Source: Piromyces finnis finn (taxonomy: Eukaryota; Fungi; Neocallimastigomycota). From it: a stretch of 64,000 bases of DNA. Below, piece after piece: positions 30,382 to 43,862 of the stretch (the stretch's first letter is position 1; each line of letters opens with the position of its first letter). The DNA lies in the NCBI GenBank assembly GCA_002104945.1, contig MCFH01000010.1:124001-188000 (forward strand), in the 5' to 3' direction. Position numbers and translations under genes: made by a program. The notes beneath the pieces are model-generated. The model was given only the letters and a program-made list of their open reading frames with translations, was not told the origin of the DNA and searched no databases.

Positions 30382-30420
<39 letters not shown>

Positions 30421-30483
30421 AAAAAAAAAAAAAAAAGAAAAACAAAATAAACAAAAAGAAAACTTTTATATATATAAATCTAT

Positions 30484-31889
30484 TTAATATCTTCTACTTC
30501 TTTTGCTTTCTCTTTCTCTTTCTCTTAATCTTTCTCTTGACTTTATTCTTTCTTCATTCTCTCTCATTTCCTTTTGTTTTACCTCTTCTTCCGATAAAGG
30601 CTTATAATAAATGATTGGGGTAGCTTTAGTTTTTTTAAATAAATCATCCATACTAGATTTCTTCTTTTTCTTTTCATTATCAACCGGTGCCTTTTTATCT
30701 AAACTAGTTTTATTAGCATCATCTTGATTTTTGCTTTTATCTTGAGCTTGAGAATTATGTAAAAAGGAAACTTCTGAAGTCTCTCTAGTACGTTTATAAC
30801 GTGAAGATACTTTGGATTGAACTATTCTATCTACTTCTAATGATGCATAAACCTCTTTAATTGGTGAGGATGATATTGAAATAGATTCGAGATCTTTATT
30901 TTTACCTATAATTTTTATGGATTGTGATGCAGCTGCTCTGGCTATTGAAGAAGGGGATATTGTTGTAGAAGGTGAGACTGAAAATGAAGAGAGATCTGAC
31001 TTTTTACTATTTTCTTGATTTAATCTACTTGTTTTAATAGGTATACCTATTCTAGAAGCATATAATGTGTCAAAACGACCACGAATAGGAGTACTACCTA
31101 GGGACTTACTACCAACTCCAGGAATAGAAACACTTAATATCTTTTCTTCTTCCTTTTTTATTCTTTCTTTGGATTCTTCTTCACTTATATATTCAACAGA
31201 TAATATTTTTCCTGTTTCTTCTGGGAATTTTATTCCATGAATACCTTTACTGGCTGCTTCGGCTGATTCAATTGAAGTATACTTTTGATAATAATTAAAG
31301 ATTCATATATAATTGTTATTATTAATATGTTATATTAAATTAATAAAATTAATAAAATATTTTATATATATACTTGTTTTAAGACTTACAGTAACATAGG
31401 CATGAGATTTAATAGAATCCATCCAAAAACTTTTTACTTCACCATATTGGGCTACTAATTCTTTTACTGATCTTACTATTAATGGTCTTACAAAATTATT
31501 AATTAAAATGGTATCCTTAGGTGCTGTTGTCTTGATTTGTGATATCTATTTTATTAATATTCCAATATTTGTAATAATAGATAATATTAATAGAGTGTAA
31601 CTTTTGGAATATAAATAATGAAAATGAAAACAACCAACCAAACAAAAAAAAACTTACATTATCACTATCGTCCGTTTTCTTTTTCTTTGATGATTCCTCA
31701 CTGGTATCATCAGTATTTACTTTTATATATTAAATAAAAATTTTTGAAATTAAAATATATATTATTATTAAAGAAAACTTATTAATTTAATATAAAAAGT
31801 AAAATAAAAATAATTTTAATTTATTTACATGGTCTTTTTTTCGAATTAGCATTGCCGTTTTCATTTTCTTTTTGTGAAGTTCCTACAAC

Positions 31890-31926
<37 letters not shown>

Positions 31927-33180
31927 ATTATTATGAATTAAGATATTATTTATTCATTTCATTAAATATATTAATATATTCTATATAAAGTGCTTCACTA
32001 AATAATTACTTTGAATTTGTGGAGTAGTTTTTGAAATCTCTTCTTTTTTTGAAACATTACTATCTTTCTTTTCAATTTGTTCAGTTTTGGGTATGTTCGA
32101 GTTTATTTCATTTATAATGTCTTTCTTTTGCTCTTGAATGTCTTTGTCATTTTTACTATCTTCTTTATTTATTTCTGATTTGTTTAGTTTTTCTTCATTT
32201 GAATCTTTCTTTATTTTATTTATATTTTTATCACTTTCTTTTTTATTTTCACTTTCTATTTTATTATCTTCAGATTCTATAGGCTTTTTGATTTCTTCTA
32301 CTATTAATTGATCTTTTGTTTTGATTTCTTTTGAAATTTCACTTTTCTTGTCATTTTCTATTGGCTCACTCTGGGGATCTACTATTTTCTCTTTATTTTG
32401 TATATCTTTATTATCTTTTTGATTTCCTGGAATTTCTGTTTCATTATTTTTTATTGGTGTCTCCTGGCCAGGTTTCATTTCACCTGTTGTTGATTCTTTT
32501 TTTGAATTAGTAATATTTTTTTCAATTTTTTCTTCAGAACTTGTATTACTTATTTCTTCTGTTGGATTTTTTGCATCTTCAGTTTTTGAATTTTCTATAA
32601 TAAAATTGATTTTTATATATTATATAAATATTTTTTTTTAAAAAAATAAAGCTTATTAGATGTATTTTTCATTTAATTAAATTGTAAATAATTAAATTAA
32701 AGACAATTTATTTTTCAATCTAATCAATTTCTTTTTATTTTTCCCAGAGATCTTATATTTAAATGAAAGATAATTTATATAATAGGATAATAAGTATAAA
32801 ATCACATCTTTGATATTCAAAATAAAGTTATTTGATCTTTTACTTTATTAATACATATATTTTACTTTTATTCTATTTTTTTTAATTTTTTTTTTTTTTT
32901 TTAGGTATTTAAAGTGTTTTTTTATATATAATATTATTTTATTCCTTTTCATTTCAATAAAATTTACTTCAATTTTTTTTTTTTTCCCGTAACAGTAAAT
33001 AAATTAAAAAATAAAATATAATTCATCAAAAGTAATTAAATTTCTAATTTAAAAATTACTTTTTGTTAAATCATCTTTTTCAAGTCTTTCAATTAAATCT
33101 GCTTTTAAACCTTTTGTTGTTAGACCACGTTTAGTTAATAATTCCTTTAATTCAGTAACTTTTAATTTAATGTATTCCAT
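30484..33180 (-). CDS. Acinus-like protein (SAP domain, RRM, RSB motif, R/E/S tail); exons 33180-33060, 32594-32010, 31882-31829, 31719-31658, 31545-31390, 31281-30484
   Basis: Mostly missed by the ORF track. SAP: LKVTELKELLTKRGLTTKGLKADLIERL. Acinus-type RRM: TILINNFVRPLIVRSVKELVAQYGEVKSFWMDSIKSHAYVTY...GIKFPEETGKILSVEY. RSB motif: MDDLFKKTKATPIIYYKPLSEEEV. Confidence 0.88.
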
Positions 33181-33757
33181 TTTTATCCTTTTTTTTCTTT
33201 TTTATTAATATGAATAAGGTGATATTTAAATATTCAAATTTACAATGAGTATATATTTTTTCCAGTAATAATGTTTTTTATTTTGTTTTTATTTTAAATA
33301 ATATTATGTTAAATTTTTTTTTTTTTAAAAAAAAAAAGCATTAAAATTATATGGATTAATATTATGGTATAGTTCTAATGCTTTTAATTTTATTTTTAAA
33401 TCAATAAAAAATATATGCAAAATACAATTTTAAATATTAAAACAATACCAAAAAATAAAAAAAAAAAAATTATTAAATTAAATAATTTACATCTTATATT
33501 AAATATAATTTATAGAATTATATATTAAATTAAATATTAATGAATTATAATTTTTTTTTTTAATAGCTATAAAATGAAATATATACGGATTTAAAGATAA
33601 ATAGTAAATATACAAATTAAATAAATAATATACATATTTAATATATCAACAACATCATTTCCTGTTTTTAGTTTAAAAAAAAGTTATATAAATAAAATGA
33701 TTTATAAATATATCGAATATATCTTTGATTACTTTATTTCATTGGCTAATGTTTAAT

Positions 33758-36029
33758 TCAAATTTCTATTTTTGATATATTTTTTTCAATTTCTTTTATA
33801 ATATGTTCTAAATAAGGTACTGATTTTGTAACACGTTTATAATGTTTTATATTATCATTAGAATTATCTTCAAGCTCGTTTTCTATTGTATGTGAATCAT
33901 TTTCTATAGGTATTTTATAATTTTCTTTAACCATTTCTTCAATATTTTTATCAGCCATTTTCCCTACATATTCATACAAAGTAAAATCAGGTTTATAATA
34001 AGGAAATAAATGATGTTCAGGAATATTACTATCTAATTCTTCATTAATTATTTTTGCTGTTATATACGCGTCTAAACAAGCAACATTTGTATTTGAATAC
34101 CCACCTTTAATAATTAAAAAATAATATATACATTTATAATTATGTTTATAATTCTTTATGAAAATCATTTTCAATATTTAATACTTACCACCACCTAAAA
34201 TCATTGTTGGTATATTCCAATTTAATATATTATTTACGCAACACCAATAACTATTAAGATCTAAATTCCAACCATTACCAAAATCATTTTTATGTACTAA
34301 AGGATCACCAATTAATCCATCACCGCCACATTGAATAACTACAGCTTGTGGATTATATCTTTCTTTAGCTGGTAATATAACTCTTTCATATATTTGCATA
34401 AGAGTAGACTTTTTTAATCCAGGAAGTAAAGGTATATTTATAGTATGGTAAATTCCTCGTCCAAATCCTATGCTTTTAATATCTCCTGTGCCTAGTATAT
34501 ATATATCATGTATTTTTAAGTATTTATACAAAATTATAAAGAAAAAAGTTAATGATAATACAAATATAAAATATGAACCTGGAAAGAATCCTATATCGTA
34601 TCTATGAATTGATAAGGATAATACTTTTGATGTATAATAAAAAGCTTCCTCAACACCTGTTTTTATAAATATACGCTATTGATTTCAGTACTTAATAAAG
34701 AAGTTCAGTAAATTTAATAGATTAATTTATCATACCATTACAATGATGAATATCTAAATCAATATACATTATTTTTTTATAATGTCTACTTAATTTAAAC
34801 ATTCCCAAAACAATATCATTAACATAACAAAAACCACTTGCTTTTTGACTTTATATAAATGTATATACATTATATATTGCATATTGTTATAAAATTTTAA
34901 TATATATATAATAATCAAATACTCTCATAAATCTATAGTGATATTTACGCCATAGCATGGTGTCTTTTTAATATATATTAAGTAAAATAATAATATAAGA
35001 AAAATAAATATTTATAGGTTTTTATTAATATTATATTTATTTATAAATATATTAGCAAATATCTACCTTCCACCATCCCAATTAATGACAATATCACTTG
35101 TTTTTGATATTAATTCATGAGCAGCAGTTAAAGTTGAACCAGCAACTAATAAGCAATATTTTTTAATCCCTTTAAATATTTGGCAATCACTTTTAATATT
35201 AAAATTTATTAATAAATAATTACTTAAATACTTTTTAATTATTGAAAAGTAGATAAAAAAAAAAAAAAAAAAAATTACTCTTCTAAACCATATTCATTCA
35301 TTTTCTTTTCATATTTTTCTTTTCCAAGTTTTTCTTTAAATTCTTGATTTTCAGCATTTAATAAAAAGTCTAATATTTATTGTATCATTATATTTAATAT
35401 TTAATAATGTTGTTGATGATAATATAAGATGTTTTCAGCTAACAATATACCAATATAATCTTCAGAATGAAAAATGGTTAAATCATTTTTATTCGCAGGT
35501 TTTGGATTTATAATTCTATTGCAAAATTAATAGCATTTAAGTATAAAATTTAATAAGAATTATTTATAACAATTCAATTACCTTATCTTTTTTAATAAAC
35601 CATATGCTCCAACTAAAGAATGAACAAAATACGACTATATAATAATTATATTAATAAAGTTTTCAATATATATATATAATACTACTTTAAAAAAAATATT
35701 TTAACAAAAAAAGAAGAAAATTAAATAAATTGAAAGTAAATTTAAAAGATTAGATAAATTAATTCTAATATATTCAAACATTTAGTAATGTTTACTATGT
35801 TAAGGGTTTGAACACTTATATATGTATTTATGTATGTTTGTGTTTATAAAAAATTTACCCTTGTTTTATTTGAAGGTAATAAAGACATATATTTTATTAA
35901 TTCATTGGAACATATATAAGAAATCTTTTTCTTGTTTTTTTTATTATCCTTATCATTGAATATATTTTTTTGGTCAATTAACAATTCATTTTCGATGTTT
36001 TCCTTTTCAGCATCATTAATTATATTCAT
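33758..36029 (-). CDS. Class I histone deacetylase, HDAC8/Hos1-like, about 9 exons including a 15-nt microexon (34963-34949)
   Basis: Motifs INWDGGR|HHAMA|QKASGFCYVND, IDLDIHHCNG|VEEAF, SIHRYDIGFFPG|TGD, QCGGDGLIGDP, ILGGG|GY and IPEHHLFPYYKPDFTL. The short C-terminus and the N-terminal SYICSNEL...FVHSLVGAYGL resemble HDAC8 more than Rpd3. Confidence 0.9.
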
Positions 36030-37657
36030 TTTAAATTATTACAATTTACTCTTTTTTTTTAAAAAAAAAATTATAGAAATTTAAATTATATATATAAATA
36101 AAATTTGATTTATATAAAATTGTATTATAAAATTTAATTTTTTATTATTAATAATAATAATAATAATAATAATAAAAAGTTTAAAAATTTTTAATTTCTT
36201 ATTATAAAAATTCAAAACATATTAATATTAATTTTGGTAGATAATATTATAAATAAATAAAAACTATAATGAATTTCATCATTGATATTTTCAATATAAA
36301 CATATAAATATCTTATAAATAATTATTATATTTTATAATAAATAATAAAATTGTAGGTTATGACATTAATATATAACGAGAAAAACTACTTATTTTTTAT
36401 ATATAAGATTTATCATAAATTGTATAATACATTATTTCCATATTTTATCATTGTATTTTAATAGTAATAAAAGATAGTTTTTTTTTTAATAAAAAAAAGC
36501 AATATTTTTATCTTTTTAACCTGCTTTATTATTATTATTTAATGTATAGTTAATTTCAAATTACAGTAAAACCCTCAATATCCTACTAGCATAACTTCAA
36601 TTTAATATTTTAAGTTATTTCTATTAGATACGAAGATTTTTGATCTAGTTTTTAAAAATCACTCCAGTTTTTTATGGTTTTATCATACGTCGTAAATTTA
36701 AACATTTATATTAAAATTTCCATATATGGTGTTTTTAATTATATCTCTGTATCAAAAAAGCCACATAATAATTTAAATAATTAAAAAACAATTTAATTAG
36801 ATTTAATTTGTACTACTCATTTTTAAATGATTGCTTTATATTACACCACAACTATTTTTATATATTATTTAATATAACTTTAAATGACATTTCAAAAAGT
36901 AAACTTTATTTATTAATAAATAATTGTTCATTTAGTTGAATGACAATAAATTAAAATAATACCAATAACTCTGGTTATAGCAAGCCAAAAGTAATAATTA
37001 TAAGAAAAATAAATAATTAAAATAGACAAATATCACAAACTTCTAATAATTATATTGCTTTATAAAGAAAGTTATAAGACTATTTATTATTACTACATTT
37101 TCAAAGTAATCACTTAGAAGTAAGATTTTTTATTTTTATTTATTTTGCTTTTAATGTTGACTATTAAAACAATTCCATTAATACTAATATATAATGTCAA
37201 TTCTATTTTCGATAAATATAATGAAAGTACAATGGATTTCTTTTTATTCAACTAAATTAATAAAATGAATATTAATTATTCAGCTAGTAAAATAATATTA
37301 TTAATAAAACAAAAAAAAAAGAAATTTTATACATTATAATTTATTAATTATTTTTTTATTATATCTTTTAGTTATATTATATTGAAACATAATACATACT
37401 ATTAATTATTTAATTTATTAATTAATATACTTTTTTATATTTACTATACTAAAATAATATATTCATAATATCGAAAAACAATTCTTTCATATTCTATATT
37501 AATAAATTTTTAAATTTAAATAAAGTATAAAAAAGTGATTGTTTATTTATTTTTCTCTATTTTTTTTTTTAAAAAAAATATTATATATATATATTTTTAT
37601 AAATTTTAAATTTATATACAATATTTATTTTTAATACAAACTTTTATATAAATCACC

Positions 37658-39856
37658 ATGGTAAGTTTGTTATGAAACAACAAAAAATGAATAATATTAT
37701 CGTTATAATGTTATTATAAAGATATAAATAAAGAAATAAATAATTTCATAATATTTACAAATATTAAAAATAAATATCAAAATATAATATTATCAAGAAT
37801 TTATAAATGATTATATGAATATATTCTTTTGTAGTATCATAAATAAAAAAATATATATATAACTGAAATATCATTTATACATATTAATACTTTTTTAAAA
37901 AAAAAAAACTATTACTAATAGTAAAATATTTTATTTTTATTTATTATTTTTAAGGATGAAGAATATGATGTTATTGTTCTCGGTACTGGTTTAACCGAAT
38001 GTATCCTTTCTGGACTTTTATCTGTTGAAGGTAAGAAAGTCTTACATATGGATAGAAATGAATACTATGGTGGTGAAGGTGCTTCCTTAAACATCACTCA
38101 AGTAAGTTTTTTCTTATACTTTTATAATAATATAATATTAAATCAATATTAATGAAGTTTATATGTTTATATGTTCTTAAATAATAAATAATAAAAAAAT
38201 ATTGATAATATTAAATATATAAATATAAATGATTTTTTATTTTTTTTTTATAATATATATATATATATTTTGAAATATAAAACTAATTTAATATATTAAT
38301 ATAAATTTACAAATATTAGCTTTACCAAAAGTTCAAACCAGGTCAAGAAATTCCAGAAAAGTTAAAGGGTCATGACCGTGAATTTAATGTTGATTTAATT
38401 CCAAAGTTTGCTATGGCCTCTGGTGAATTCGTAAAAATTCTTATTTACACTGATGTCACTCGTTACACTGAATTTAAACAAATCGCTGGTTCCTACTTCT
38501 ACTACAAGGGAGATATTGCTAAGGTTCCAGTTACTGAAAAGGAAGTTGTTTTAACTTCTTTAATCGGTATGGCTGAAAAGTTACGTTTAAAGAGCTTCTT
38601 TGAATTTATTCAAAACTATGATGAAAACAAGCCAGAAACTCACCAAGGTAAAATAAGATAATTTATATGTTGTTTACTATGGTTTATTAATAATTTTACA
38701 TTAATATAATATTTCATAAATATATATTAATCATTTCAATTATAACTTTGAAGAAGTAGTAATAACTAATTAAAAATATATTATTTAAATATTATACAGG
38801 TTTAGATTTAAATACTGTTACTATGAAGGCTGTCTATGAAAAGTTTGAATTAGAACCAGCAACTATGGAATTCCTTGGTCATGCTCTTGCTTTACAATTA
38901 GATAACTCATACCTTGACAGACCAGCTATGGAAACTTACAACAAGATTATGCTTTACATGTTATCTATGTCCAAGTACGGTAAGAGTCCATACCTTTATC
39001 CATTATACGGTCTTGATGAACTTCCACAAGGTTTTGCTAGATTAAGTGCTATCTATGGTGGTACATACATGTTAAACAAGAAGGTCGATGAAATTGTTTA
39101 CGAAAACGGAAAAGTTATTGGTGTTAAGAGTGGTGATGAAGTAATATTTAGAAAAATTTTTTATTCTATAACTATAAAAATATATAGTATTGTAAATTAA
39201 GAGAAATAAATTCTAACGATATATCACAAATATTATTAATAATAGATTGCCAAGTGTAAAAAGGTTATTTGTGATTCATCTTATGCCAAGGACAAGGTTA
39301 ATAAGGTTGGACAAGTTGTTAGAGCTATTGTAATCATGGAACATCCAATTGCCAATACTGACAATGCTGATTCTGTTCAAGTTATTATTCCACAAAACCA
39401 AGTCAACAGAAAGAATGGTATTTTTAATGAATAATTACTTATTAAATTATTTTTAAATGATATAAATGATACTATAAGACAGGAAAATTAATATATATAT
39501 TTTTTACATGCAATTTTAAAGATATTTACATTGCCTCTGTTTCTTCTAACCACAATGTTTGTCCAAAGGGCTTCTATGTTGCTATTGTTAGTACTATTGT
39601 TGAAACCTCTGAACCAGAAAAGGAACTTGAACCAGGTATGAAATTACTTGGTGAAATTGTTGACAAGTTTGTTTACGTTTCTGACATTTATGCTCCAGCC
39701 AATGACGGTACTAGTGACAACTTATTCATTTCTAAATCTAATGATGCTACTAGTCACTTTGAAACTGTATGTGATGATGTTAAGGACTTATACAAGCGTG
39801 TTGTTGGTAAGGAATTAACTATGGAAGGAAAGGTTGTTCGTGGTGATGAAAACTAA
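37658..39856 (+). CDS. GDI1: Rab GDP-dissociation inhibitor; exon 1 is the ATG only (37658-37660), then exons at about 37955-38101, 38321-38647, 38800-39140, 39246-39417, 39521-39856
   Basis: M|[41 protein letters not shown]; [11 protein letters not shown]; [33 protein letters not shown]; [21 protein letters not shown]. Confidence 0.96.
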
Positions 39857-40277
39857 AAACTTTAAAGTTTTTAAATATTTATATTCTTTAGCACAGGATT
39901 AAAAAAAATACCCAAAGAATTAAAAAATATATGTATATATAAGGTGTTAAACTTTTTAATATTACTTTAAAGAACACGAAAAAAGTAAAATTAAAAGTTA
40001 ACATCTTAATTAATTGATATATTTAAAAAAAAAAAATCGAAAATTCAAAAAATTATTAAAAACTCTTACTTTAAACATAGATTACCTATAAAATAAATTA
40101 AAATAAATTAATTTATTTTAGTAAATATATAAACAACAAAAACTAGAAATAAAATAACCATTAGAAAAAAACAAAATTAAAAATAATTATTTATAAAAAA
40201 TAAAAATAATAAAATAAAATAATTTTATATAAAAAATTCTCTTTTAAGATAATACTTATCAATAAGATTTTTCCTTT

Positions 40278-40326
<49 letters not shown>

Positions 40327-40358
40327 ATTAATGATATAATAATATAACTATTTGAAAG

Positions 40359-43199
40359 TTTGGACAATGCCAAAACTATCATTAGTAGCTCTATGAAGCT
40401 ACTTTTTGATAGGTTTAGTAAGACACCTAACGTAATCAAGAGCGCCGACGTTGTTGTTCTGTCAATGAAGAATAACAAGGCTCCAGGTCCCGATGGTATC
40501 CCAATTGAATTTTTCAAAGCTTTCTTTTGTAACGAAGAACTGGAGAAAGAACATAAGTCTGCTGGAAATTGTCTTAAATTAATTTTTAATAAAATCTGGA
40601 ATGGTTCCTTTCCTTTGAATTGGAACTCTGCTTCCATTGTTTCTATTCCAAAGAAAGGCGATCTTTCAGACTGTAATAATTATCGTGGTATTTCTCTCAT
40701 CAATGTAGGTCTTAAAATTATTTCAAAAATTATAACTAATAGAATTTCAAAGTATGCTCTTTCTCATAATTTTATAAGACCTGAGCAATTTGGTTTTCGC
40801 AATAAAGAAGAATGTATTAGCTTATTTGTTTCCATTAGAGAAATCTGTCAAAGAAGAAAATTTAAAGGAAAAGCCACTTATGTCGCCTTTCTAGACCTTA
40901 AAAAAGCATACGACTCAGTTCCTATTTTTAATATCCTTACAAAGTTATATAAATTAGGTATACGTGGTAAATGTTTTGATTTTCTCAATAATCTCTACTC
41001 TACCTCTAAAGCTCGTGCACGTTTCTTGGATATGCTTTCCAATGAATTCCCTATAAACCGTGGTGTAAGACAAGGATGTCCTCTTTCTCCTATACTGTTT
41101 AACCTCTTTATCAATGATATTTTAAATAAATGTGAAAGGCTTGGAGTTAGCTTAGGTAATAAACGCTGTTGTGGTGGCCTTTTCGCTGATGACATTGTTT
41201 TGATTGCTCCTAGTAAGAAGAACCTTCAAAAGATGCTCAATCTAGTCCTTGATTGGGCTAATTTAAATGAAATGTCTTTTGGAATAAATAAATGTGCAAC
41301 TATTGTTGTTAAACCTATCAACTTTAATAGATCCCCTAGTTATGTCGACCCAACATTTTACATCGGTATGTACTCGATTCCAAAGGTTTCTTGCTATACT
41401 TATCTTGGAATCCCATTCGACGAAGATCTTTCTTTGACTCCTATTCTGTCCAATATGTACAAAAAAGTTCAGAAATCTTTATTCTCTTTTAAGAACTTCC
41501 TCACCAACAATTGTGTTCCTATTGGCTTAAAAAACATAGTAATTCATTCTTATATTTTAAGCAAAGTCTCTTATTATGCTCCTTTGCTTGGTTCCAACAA
41601 AAATAGAACTAGAAGAGTCCAATCTCTTATCAATACTGCTGTTTTATGGAGTGTCAATAGCTTTCACAATAAAAGTTTTAATAACAAAGATTTTGTTTTT
41701 GAACGAAATTCATTTATTAGTCTGTATGCTCTTACAAGAGATATGAAGATCCCTACCCTTTCAGGTATTTGTGCTGCGCAACAAGTGAAATGCTTTGTTA
41801 AATGGAGAAAATCAAATTGTATAATTAAAGATCTCGTCCGATCTATTCCTCCCATGTCTCATTACTCTTGGGCCAAAGAATCTTGTTCACTACATAAGAA
41901 GCTTATGAAAATAAATATTAAAAGTACTAAAGATATTAGAGAATATTATTGGAATAATAGTAGCCTAAATAATGGAAGTAAAGCCCTCAGATATACTAAC
42001 AACAAATTCCTTAATTCAAATCGCCTAATGCATATCGGTCTCAACAAACCTCACTTAAATTTAGGAATTACCTGGATTATTCGTATTCGATGCGGTTATG
42101 AAAATACTACCCGAATTGCTATTGCCAGTAATAGAGTTACTCCTGACTGCCCTCGTGTCTGTCCATGTTGCGGATATGACGAACAATCTTTTTACCATTG
42201 GATATTAGAATGTTCTGCATTCTCTGAATACAGAGCTTCTTCACTTAGCTTTCTTGACGATCTTTTTACCCTTTTTTACAATAAATATAAGAATCAATTC
42301 ATCACATACTTACTCCCCGAAACGGAAGTAAGAAAAACAATTTATAACTATATTTTTACGTTCCTTCTTGGTGGAACTTTAGCTTATGATGAGCTACAAA
42401 TCGATAAGGCGGAACAAAGACATTTGAATGAACAGCTTTACAGTTCATCGGGGTCTCATGTTCCATATGTAGAGGGTCTCGCGGCTTTTCTTACTAAAAC
42501 AATCCCTATCATTAGTAGCTCTATGAAGCTACTTTTTGATAGGTTTAGTAAGACACCTAACGTAATCAAGAGCGCCGACGTCGTACCGATATGGCAAAGG
42601 AACATTTCCAATGTTCCGTACACAGGGTTCAATGTTAGTATTTCCTCAAATTCGAATGAAAACATTATGAACTCATGGGAGAGTTTAGTGGACACCACAC
42701 TATCATACCTGATGTTACTTCTTTTTTTTATTTCATTTAATTTATTAGGTAGGGACCAATCCCACACAGTACAAATTGCAGAGTTCATTGAACTTTTATG
42801 CAACTTAAATAATTATTTTATATTTTTTTATATTTATATTTTTATTTATATATATTTTATTATTTTTATTTATTACTTATTATATCAATATCAATATGTA
42901 TTATCACCTAATATTATGTAATATCACTAATTAAATAAGTAAATAAATAAAAGACGTGTATTCTCTTCCTAGTCTAAAAAAAAAAAAAAAAAAAAAAATG
43001 GGAAGGTTTTATAAGATGTTTAAAAATTACACTTCCTCAATCTTTAAATGTCATCCTTCAACTTCCTTTACCTCAATTAAAAGAAGTTTTAACAAAGGTT
43101 CCAGATTTGAAGGATACACTTAAGAATCAAATTAAACAATTATCTAAAAGTCAACGTACCAGTAAAATTGAAAAAATCATGGAATTACTTAAAATGTAA
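40359..43199 (+). pseudogene. Orphan last exon of a symplekin/Pta1-family gene, split by a LINE (pieces 40359-40378 and 42999-43199)
   Basis: Removing 40379-42998 restores (V/I)[47 protein letters not shown]...*. This matches the symplekin C-terminal domain as recalled (human [34 protein letters not shown]). There is an AG acceptor at 40357-40358, and no upstream symplekin exons were found in the window. Confidence 0.82.
40379..42998 (+). mobile_element. 5'-truncated non-LTR retrotransposon (LINE family A): intact RT + CCHC knuckle, poly(A) tail, no endonuclease
   Basis: RT motifs KAPGPDG, YRGISL, EQFGFR, FLDLKKAYDSV, GVRQGCPLSPILFN, LFADD and YLG. Knuckle CPCCGYDEQSFYHWILEC. A23 at 42976-42998. 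The frame is open to 42921. Confidence 0.96.
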
Positions 43200-43400
43200 A
43201 AAAAAGAATTCATATTATATAAAAAAAATTATTTATTTATTTTTATATCATATATAACTAATATAGAAAAGTAAATAAATAAGAATTTTTTTAATTTTAT
43301 ATTTTTACTTTTTTCAATATATTTTTTTATTTATTAATGGATTTTATATATAAACTTTTTAAATTTTTCAATTTTTTTTTTTTAATTAAACTATACAATA

Positions 43401-43432
<32 letters not shown>

Positions 43433-43770
43433 TATATTTCATTATATTATTATAATTATAATTATATTTTAAACGAATACATAGTAATTTTTTCTCCACC
43501 ATACTTTTTTCTTTTATATATTTATATCAACAAAATCATTTCAAAAAAAAAAAAAAGTAAAATATTAAATAATATCTAATAATAATAATAATTTAAAATA
43601 ATTTCATATTAAATATATATATTTAATAAAAATAAAAAGACATTTTTCAAGAAATAAAAATAAATTTAATAAAATAATAAAATATAAAATCATATATTTA
43701 ATACTTCAACAACACTTATTAATTTCTTAAATCATAACTAAAAATTAATAACTAATTATTTATTTATTTA

Positions 43771-43775
<5 letters not shown>

Positions 43776-43862
<87 letters not shown>
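43776..43862. repeat. (AAT)17-(ATT)12 inverted microsatellite (perfect palindrome with 36-bp arms)
   Basis: The AAT tract switches directly to an ATT tract at aatatt (43824-43829). A smaller example lies at about 23615-23650. Confidence 0.9.

Noticed and set aside
36562-36780. tacagtaaaaccctc resembling a pogo/Tc1-type terminal inverted repeat
   Set aside because: No matching opposite TIR or transposase remnant was found in the window.
40376-42581. 76-bp direct repeat interpreted as an LTR or TSD
   Set aside because: The RT is non-LTR type with a poly(A) tail, there are no TG..CA ends or PBS, and the second copy is internal to the element.
40281-42803. Minus-strand ORFs at 40281-40637, 40995-41195, 41664-41855 and 42456-42803
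   Set aside because: They are antisense shadows of the LINE RT frame and have no independent coding features.
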